From Terriglobia bacterium (lineage in GTDB: Bacteria > Acidobacteriota > Terriglobia > Acidiferrales > UBA7541): a stretch of 64,000 bases of DNA. Positions 57,432-64,000 of this stretch are shown here, piece after piece (the first letter of the stretch is position 1; the number at the start of each line of letters is the position of its first letter). The notes under the pieces are model-generated. The model made no database searches. It saw only the letters and a list, made by a program, of their open reading frames with translations, and was not told where the DNA came from. Where the stretch lies: positions 1,792,001 through 1,856,000 of the forward strand of contig OY968796.1 of assembly GCA_963695545.1 (NCBI GenBank), given 5' to 3'. Both the position numbers and the translations under genes were made by a program.

Positions 57432-58844
57432 ATGAATCGTCGCGAATTTCTTCGCAATCTTGGCGCTTCCGCAGCTTTAGCCGCTGTGTCGCGGACTTCG
57501 CTGGCCGCGATAGACGCGCCGCCGGCTTCGCTCGAAATCGACAGCCGAACTGCCGAAGCCCCGGTACCCTCGAATTTCACCGGACTGAGCTACGAATCGG
57601 CGCAACTGGCCAATCCGGATTTTTTTTCCGCTGGCAACTCACAGCTCATTGAACTGGTTCGCTCGCTTGGATCGGAAGGCGTGCTGCGCCTTGGCGGAGG
57701 GACAAGTGAATTCACGGAATGGTCCGATGTGGAAACGCAGGAGGCCGCGCCGTTAGATTCGTTTGGTCCTGACACGAGCAAGACCGTGAAATCGAGCTTT
57801 ACGATCACGCCACTCGCGATTCGCAATCTGCGCGCGTTTCTCGACGCCACAGGCTGGCAATTGCTGTATGGATTGAAAGCCGCGCGCGGCACGCCGGAAG
57901 AAGCTGCGGCGGAAGCGGAATTTGTGCAACGCACGATCGGGCCGCGACTGGCGGCGTTTCAGATCGGCAATGAGCCGGATGCCTGGCGCAATCGCTACTT
58001 TCCGGCGAGTTGGGGATTCCAGGATTACAGCGCGCTTTGGAAACAATTTCACGACGCGATTGTGCAGCGCGTTCCGCAAGCGCGTTTCGCGGGACCGGAC
58101 GTTTCAAATCACATGGATTGGGTGGTGCAATTTGCGGCGCAGGCTCACACCGACGTCATCTTATTGACGGGGCACTACTACGCAGAGGGTCCCGCGAGCA
58201 GTCCCACAGCCACGATGGATCGATTGCTCTCGCCCAATCCGAAGCTGGACAAAGATTTGACCGATGTGATGCAAGCCTCGCGCGCGGCTGGAATCCCTTA
58301 CAGGATGACGGAGGGGAATTCCTGCTGGGATGGCGGCAAGCCGGGCGTCAGCGATACGCTTGGTTCCGCGCTGTGGGCCGCGGACATGATGCTGCAGTTT
58401 GCGCAGGCGGGCTGCGCGGGGGTGGATCTGCACGGCGGTGGCAATGGTTACTACACGCCGATCGCGGGCGGCATGCGCGATGGTTTCACGCCGAGGCCCG
58501 AATATTATGGGATGCAATTCGCCGAGTTGTTTTCCGGCAGTACGCTCGTGAAAAGCACGCTCGCGAACGCCAACGATCGTTTGACGGCTTATGCCGCGGA
58601 AAAAGATGGCGCACTACATCTGGCGCTCATCAATAAAGGCGCGGAGAATGCGGCGGTTTCGCTGAACGAAACCGTTTTCCACAAAAATTCAAAAAAACAA
58701 AAGACCTGGATGCTGACCGGGCCTTCGCTCAAGAGCACGCAAAATGTGACGCTCGCCGCCGTGGATGGAAGCCGGCACGCGTCGAATCCGATTCCCGTTC
58801 CGGCGCACAGCGCCGTGCTCTGGAGTTTGCAAGGCGCGGAATAA
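57432..58844 (+). CDS. GH79 beta-glucuronidase-like enzyme; Tat-exported
   Basis: MNRREFL Tat motif; FTGLSYE, LRLGG, IGNEPD, HYY, TEGNSC..GG..GVSD and RPEYYG motifs. Confidence 0.88.
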   Translation: MNRREFLRNLGASAALAAVSRTSLAAIDAPPASLEIDSRTAEAPVPSNFTGLSYESAQLANPDFFSAGNSQLIELVRSLGSEGVLRLGGGTSEFTEWSDVETQEAAPLDSFGPDTSKTVKSSFTITPLAIRNLRAFLDATGWQLLYGLKAARGTPEEAAAEAEFVQRTIGPRLAAFQIGNEPDAWRNRYFPASWGFQDYSALWKQFHDAIVQRVPQARFAGPDVSNHMDWVVQFAAQAHTDVILLTGHYYAEGPASSPTATMDRLLSPNPKLDKDLTDVMQASRAAGIPYRMTEGNSCWDGGKPGVSDTLGSALWAADMMLQFAQAGCAGVDLHGGGNGYYTPIAGGMRDGFTPRPEYYGMQFAELFSGSTLVKSTLANANDRLTAYAAEKDGALHLALINKGAENAAVSLNETVFHKNSKKQKTWMLTGPSLKSTQNVTLAAVDGSRHASNPIPVPAHSAVLWSLQGAE

Positions 58845-58859
58845 TTAAGGACCTGATTC

Positions 58860-61313
58860 GTGAAGAAATCAGTTACCGGGCTGACGCGTCGCACGTTCTT
58901 GCAACATTCGGCGTTGGCCGCAACCTACCTTTCGCAGCCGTCGCTATGGAAGGAAAATCTCGCATTTGCGCAGGACGCGGCGCGCACGCCGTACATTTTA
59001 TTCTTCAAGCATCCGGCTCAGGTCTGGACCGAGGCTTTGCCTATCGTCAATGGCTGTTTGGGGGCGATGGTCTTCGGCGCAACTGGCCGAGAACACATCC
59101 AACTCAATCACGACGGCGCGTGGGACGGCGAAATCCGCGATCGCAACAATCCTGCCGCGGGCGCGGCGGTGCCGGAAATCAGGCGACTATTATTTGCTGG
59201 CAAAGTAAAAGAAGCCGAAGCGCTCGCCGCGAGCGACATGCTTGCGATTCCACGGCGTTTGCCGCTATACGAAACGCTCGGTGACTTGTGGCTCGATTTC
59301 GGCGCGACGGATAACATAACTGACTATCGGCGCGAGCTCGATTTGCAGAACGGAATTGCCGGCGTTCGCTATCGTGTAGCCGGCGTTGAATATCGCCGCG
59401 AAATTTTCAGCTCTGCGCCGGATCAGGTCATTGTCGCGCGCTTCGAGGCCGGGACGAAGGGCGCGCTGTCATTTAGCATGGATCGTCCCGCCAGCAGCCA
59501 AGCGACGGTGATCGCGCCGAATCGCCTGGTGATGACCGGCGAAGCGCTGCCTCCGGTCGTCGGCGATCCGACGACGACCGAACGCAACGTTGGCATCGCG
59601 TTTCGCGCGGAAGTACTCGCGCTAACCGAAGGCGGCACGATCACGGCGACGGGTGGTAGCTTGCAGATCACCGGCGCAGACGCCGTCACATTATTGATTG
59701 CGGCGACTTCGCACCATTACACGAGCGACCTGGCCGGAGCGTGCGAACTCGCACTGAATGCGGCAAATGCGAAAACCTACACGGAGCTTCGCCGGCGCCA
59801 CGTGGAGGATCATCGAGATTTATTTGATCGCGCGGAAGTGAAACTCACGAACGAGGCAGACCCGAATGCCGATGTCCCAACCGACGAGCGTTTGGAGCAC
59901 GTGAAGGACGGCGGCGAGGATCCGCATCTCATCGGAATTTATTACCAGTTTGGCCGTTATCTGCTGATCGGCAGCAGCCGGCCGAAAACGATGGCGGCGA
60001 ATCTGCAGGGAATTTGGAACGACAGCCTGAATCCGCCGTGGGGCAGCAAATATACGATCAACATCAACACGGAGATGAATTACTGGCTCGCGAATCCCGC
60101 GAATCTCGCGGAACTTCAGATGCCGCTGTTCGACCTGATCGATTCGACGCGCGAGCCGGGCGCCGTCACCGCGCGGAAATATTACAACTCGCGCGGTTTC
60201 GTCGCGCACCACAACACGGACATTTGGGGCGATGCCGTGCCCATCGACGGCGTACCCTCCGGCATCTGGCCGATGGGTGCAGCGTGGCTATCGACGCATC
60301 TTTGGACCGCGTATGAGTACAGCGGCGACGCGAGTTTCCTGGCCCAGCGCGCGTATCCGGTTCTGCGCGAAATCGCCGAATTCTTCTTGGACTACCTGGT
60401 CGAATCCCCCGGCGGTTTCCTGGTGACGGGCCCTTCGCTGTCTCCTGAAAATCGATATCTGCTGCCCGATGGAACTCCGGCTTCCCTGTGCATGGGACCC
60501 ACGATGGATATCGAAATCACGCGCGCGGTGTTCACGCGCGTGATCCTTGCTAGCCAAATTCTAAAGACAGACGAAGAATTGCGCGCGCGCGTTCAATCGG
60601 CGATGGAGAAACTGCCTCCGTTCAAAATCACATCGCTCGGCACTCTGCAGGAATGGCCGGAAGACTATCCGGAGCAAGAGCCTGGGCATCGGCACATCTC
60701 CCATTTGTGGGCGCTTTTCCCCGACGATCAAATCACGCTGCGCGGAACGCCGGAATTGGCGCAAGCGGCGCGCAAAAGCCTGGAACGCCGTCTGGCGCAC
60801 GGCGGCGGCAGCACGGGCTGGAGCCGCGCGTGGATCGTGAACTGCTGGGCGCGTCTTGAAGATGGCGAGCAGGCCTACCAGAACTTGTTGGCGTTGCTGC
60901 GGCTCTCCACGCTCCAGAACCTGTTCGATGTGTGCGGAATAAAACCAACCTCGTATTATCAGATCGATGGAAATTTCGGCGGCGCGGCCGGCATCATGGA
61001 GATGTTGCTGCAAAGCCACGGCGGCGTGGTGCGTTTTCTGCCGGCGCTGCCCGCGGCATGGCCCAATGGTTCTTTCCGTGGTTTGCGCGCGCGCGGCGGC
61101 TTGGAAGTGGACCTCGCGTGGCAAGATGGGAAGCCCACGCACGCGCGCCTCGCCGCATCGCTCGATCGAGAGCAGAGACTGGCTTCGCCGGGGGCCGCGA
61201 AAATCGTATCGATACGAACCGGCCCATCGAAAGTGGATTTCGTCGAGAGCGCGGACGGTGTGGTTTCCTTCCAGGCGAAGCGCGGTCAAACTTATTCGGT
61301 GCGGTTCGCATAG
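58860..61313 (+). CDS. GH95 alpha-L-fucosidase/alpha-L-galactosidase; Tat-exported
   Basis: TRRTFL Tat motif; [49 protein letters not shown] and QIDGNFG motifs. Confidence 0.95.
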   Translation: MKKSVTGLTRRTFLQHSALAATYLSQPSLWKENLAFAQDAARTPYILFFKHPAQVWTEALPIVNGCLGAMVFGATGREHIQLNHDGAWDGEIRDRNNPAAGAAVPEIRRLLFAGKVKEAEALAASDMLAIPRRLPLYETLGDLWLDFGATDNITDYRRELDLQNGIAGVRYRVAGVEYRREIFSSAPDQVIVARFEAGTKGALSFSMDRPASSQATVIAPNRLVMTGEALPPVVGDPTTTERNVGIAFRAEVLALTEGGTITATGGSLQITGADAVTLLIAATSHHYTSDLAGACELALNAANAKTYTELRRRHVEDHRDLFDRAEVKLTNEADPNADVPTDERLEHVKDGGEDPHLIGIYYQFGRYLLIGSSRPKTMAANLQGIWNDSLNPPWGSKYTININTEMNYWLANPANLAELQMPLFDLIDSTREPGAVTARKYYNSRGFVAHHNTDIWGDAVPIDGVPSGIWPMGAAWLSTHLWTAYEYSGDASFLAQRAYPVLREIAEFFLDYLVESPGGFLVTGPSLSPENRYLLPDGTPASLCMGPTMDIEITRAVFTRVILASQILKTDEELRARVQSAMEKLPPFKITSLGTLQEWPEDYPEQEPGHRHISHLWALFPDDQITLRGTPELAQAARKSLERRLAHGGGSTGWSRAWIVNCWARLEDGEQAYQNLLALLRLSTLQNLFDVCGIKPTSYYQIDGNFGGAAGIMEMLLQSHGGVVRFLPALPAAWPNGSFRGLRARGGLEVDLAWQDGKPTHARLAASLDREQRLASPGAAKIVSIRTGPSKVDFVESADGVVSFQAKRGQTYSVRFA

Positions 61314-61342
61314 CGGATCAAGCGCCAACGGCGGCCCATTGC

Positions 61343-61885
61343 ATGACCACACACATTGCCCTATTGCGCGGAGTAAATGTTGGCGGACATCAACTTGTTC
61401 CCATGAGCGATCTACGCGGCCTGGTGACCAAATTGGGCTTCGCCGATGCGCGCTCGCTGCTGCAGAGCGGCAATCTCGTTTTTCGGAGCGATGGCCGCAC
61501 GAGCGCCGAAATCGAGCGGATGTTGGAGATCGGGTTGGAGAAGCGTCTCCGAATTCGTACGGATTCCTTCGTCCGCAGCGCCGCGCAATGGAAAGCGGTG
61601 ATCGCCACGAATCCATTTCGCAAGGAAGCCGAGCGCGATCCGGCGCACCTGGTCGCAATGTTCTTAAAACGCTCGCCGGCTGCAAAGCAAGTGGCGGCGC
61701 TCGAGCAAGCGATTGTTGGCCGCGAAGAAATTCGCGCGCAGGGAAGCGTTATCTACATCGTCTATCCGGATGGCATCGGAAAATCGAAGCTCACAAACTT
61801 GCTGGTCGATCGAAAACTCGAGACGCGCGGAACCGGAAGAAATTGGAACACCGTGCTCAAGCTCGCCGCGATGAGCGAAGAATGA
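61343..61885 (+). CDS. DUF1697-domain protein
   Basis: IALLRGVNVGG...M.DLR, QSGNLVF, NPF and TGRNWNTV motifs. Confidence 0.92.
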   Translation: MTTHIALLRGVNVGGHQLVPMSDLRGLVTKLGFADARSLLQSGNLVFRSDGRTSAEIERMLEIGLEKRLRIRTDSFVRSAAQWKAVIATNPFRKEAERDPAHLVAMFLKRSPAAKQVAALEQAIVGREEIRAQGSVIYIVYPDGIGKSKLTNLLVDRKLETRGTGRNWNTVLKLAAMSEE

Positions 61886-61921
61886 ATCGCCGGCGCCACG
61901 TTTCCCGTTCGCGTAGGCGCG

Positions 61922-62800
61922 CTAATCGCGCCAGGGATGCTTCAGGCCAAATTTCCAGCGAAATGCCCGCTTCTCCGCCGGCGAATATTCGTCCGGATAT
62001 TTCTGCAAGCGGTCGGGCAGCACCTGGACGTCGGGTTCCTTGAGACGCAACCCATGCCACGGGAGAGAAATGAATCCGTGGCGTTCGCCGTGCGCGAGAA
62101 ACACGTGGCCGTCATAACCGACGAAAATGCGAGGCACGCCGGAATCGTCGCGCATGAGGGCGAGAGAATTATCAGGGATTCCGAAAGCGGTGTAGTGCTC
62201 CGACGCGACAAACAGAAGATTCAGGTAGGTCGTGGCGATTAACTCATATCCTTTTCGCCGGCCCAATTCGACCAGCGACGCCGGGCTCGCTCCCTGTCTG
62301 CGCCCAGGCCTTTTTTCCTGCACAAACAACATTGAATTCGCGAGCGTGGGGTTGTACTCGATCACCACCAGTTTCGGGCGATAGGCCTCGACCGCTTCCC
62401 AGGCGTAAAAATCGTTTCCGTCGATGTCGATCGAGAGCAAATCGAAATTCTTTGGGATTTCCGTGCGTGAGAGCAGCGTGTCGAGCGAATCCGATTTCGA
62501 GTAGCCGACGGAAGCGTTGATCAGGACGTGGCGGCCGGAAGCGCCGTGAGTGCGCTCGAGATCGCGAAATCTCGCCGGATCGGCCTCGATCAACACCGCG
62601 CGGTAATTCTGCGACACGATTAGATCGCACGTATTGCTCGCGGCTTTTCCGTCCCACGCGCCGAACTCGACGCACCAGGACGTGCGCTCCGACAAGAGTC
62701 TAAGTGCCTTGGCGATGATGCCATCCTCGCCACACTCAGATGTGACGTTTGCGGCGTGACGCGACAACCAGCGGCTCTGTTCCTGCAGGTCCTTCAACAC
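61922..62800 (-). CDS. FkbM-like SAM-dependent methyltransferase
   Basis: GEDGII, CVEFGAWDG, VLIEAD, DLLSIDIDGND and VVIEYN motifs; start placed at a GTG with a GAGG RBS. Confidence 0.75.
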   Translation of the reverse strand: MLKDLQEQSRWLSRHAANVTSECGEDGIIAKALRLLSERTSWCVEFGAWDGKAASNTCDLIVSQNYRAVLIEADPARFRDLERTHGASGRHVLINASVGYSKSDSLDTLLSRTEIPKNFDLLSIDIDGNDFYAWEAVEAYRPKLVVIEYNPTLANSMLFVQEKRPGRRQGASPASLVELGRRKGYELIATTYLNLLFVASEHYTAFGIPDNSLALMRDDSGVPRIFVGYDGHVFLAHGERHGFISLPWHGLRLKEPDVQVLPDRLQKYPDEYSPAEKRAFRWKFGLKHPWRD

Positions 62801-62991
62801 GAGATCCTCACGTGACGCCTGAATTGAATTTCGAAGCCCCCGGCGCGAGACTCGCGGAATTGTATCACCCGCGAGTGGCCGCGCCTTTGGCCTAGGGCGG
62901 GGTATTATTCCGGCCGGCAAATGCCAAAAATGATTTAGACTCTGAGGCCGCAACGAATATGGAATCGCATTCAGGCAACACGGAGGTTCAA

Positions 62992-64000
62992 GTGAAAAAG
63001 AAATCGAGTTCTGCCGCGTGGCTGATCCTCGCCGCACTTGCTTCGCTCGCGCTTACCGCGACGGCCGGATCGGGCGCGGATCAGAACACAGACCACTGGG
63101 TGGGCACATGGGCCACGGCCCCGCTTCTACTGGTTCCTCCGACGAACCCAAACGCTCCTGCCGCTCCGATATTTAAAGACACCACGTTGCGGCAGGTCGT
63201 GCACGTGTCGATCGGTGGCCCCTCGGTCCGCGTGCGATTCTCGAATGCCTTCGGCACCACGCCGCTGGTGATTTCGTCGGCGCACGTGGCGGTACCCGCG
63301 GGTGGCGGCGCGATTCGTGCGGACAGCGATAAGGCTCTCACGTTTGGCGGACAATCGTCCGTGACCATTCCGGCGGGAGCGCCGATGTATTCCGACGCGC
63401 TCGATTTCAATCTCGCTGCGTTGTCCGATCTCACGATCACGATTCACGTGGCCGAAGCGCCTGAGGGCACGACCATGCACGGAGGATCGAACGCCACATC
63501 CTACCTGCAATCCGGTGACGAGGTGTCGGCCGCGGATATGACCTCGGCGACGCATGTGGAGCATTGGTATTTTCTCGATGGCGTGGACGTGCAATCGTCG
63601 CGCGCCGCCGGCGCGGTGGTTGCGTTCGGCGACTCCATCACCGATGGCGCGCACTCAACGGCAAATGCCAATTCCCGTTGGCCTGATGATTTGGCGCGGC
63701 GTCTTGCGGCGAACAAGAAAACGGCTGGCGTCGGCGTGTTGAACGAAGGAATCGGCGGGAACCGCATTCTGCATGACATGACCGGGCCGAACGCGCTGGC
63801 GCGCTTCGATCGCGATGTTCTTGCGCAGAGCGGCGTGCGCTGGCTGATCATACTCGAGGGCATCAACGATCTTGGCGCGCACGGACGAGCCGTTCCGCGC
63901 AACGAAACGATTCCGACGGCGCAGGAATTGATCGCCGCGTACCAGCAAATTATTTTGAGGGCGCATACCCACCATATTCGGGTCTACGGCGCTACGATTC
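62992..64000 (+). CDS. SGNH/GDSL hydrolase, secreted (runs off the window end)
   Basis: GGAGG RBS, GTG start, signal peptide; WVGTWAT, TLRQVV, FGDSITDG, NEGIGGN and LEGIND in one frame; absent from the ORF track because it is truncated. Confidence 0.92.
   Translation, partial: MKKKSSSAAWLILAALASLALTATAGSGADQNTDHWVGTWATAPLLLVPPTNPNAPAAPIFKDTTLRQVVHVSIGGPSVRVRFSNAFGTTPLVISSAHVAVPAGGGAIRADSDKALTFGGQSSVTIPAGAPMYSDALDFNLAALSDLTITIHVAEAPEGTTMHGGSNATSYLQSGDEVSAADMTSATHVEHWYFLDGVDVQSSRAAGAVVAFGDSITDGAHSTANANSRWPDDLARRLAANKKTAGVGVLNEGIGGNRILHDMTGPNALARFDRDVLAQSGVRWLIILEGINDLGAHGRAVPRNETIPTAQELIAAYQQIILRAHTHHIRVYGATI

Noticed and set aside
59031..59069. GH95 N-terminal motif reads [12 protein letters not shown] rather than the usual ALPIGNGRLGAM
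   Set aside because: Two single-base changes; the frame and catalytic motifs are intact, so there is no support for a pseudogene. Could be drift or assembly error.

Overview
High-GC bacterial chromosomal segment. Gene content (Oar-type TonB-dependent receptors, Tad locus style, many secreted glycoside hydrolases) suggests Acidobacteriota; this is an inference. Left to right: (1) a GH3-LacI-GH105-kduI-kduD uronate/pectin block; (2) a DUF4129-DUF4350-MoxR-DUF58 operon with a SpoIIM-like/RDD pair whose start codons appear to overlap in one CATG; (3) a fluoride riboswitch-crcB-DUF190 operon, whose aptamer carries a compensatory swap of a conserved tertiary pair; (4) a CE15 esterase and an aldo/keto reductase; (5) a Tad/Flp pilus locus with a flp pilin and a 32-aa peptide missed by the ORF track, a GT-C-like membrane protein, a sigma54 activator with a degenerate receiver domain, and a shared GTGT-N12-ACAC motif; (6) two TonB-dependent receptors around a Fur-family regulator with visible operator boxes; (7) a pectin/rhamnogalacturonan-II-like enzyme cluster, including a catalytically degenerate GH28 domain fused to CE8. 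The least explained signal is a ~340-bp element present twice (18837-19182 and 42886-43220). Each copy has a sigma70 promoter, a leaderless start codon, a shared reading frame and internal direct/inverted subunits. No rRNA, tRNA, CRISPR array or transposase was seen. All family calls come from motif recognition by eye, not database searches.
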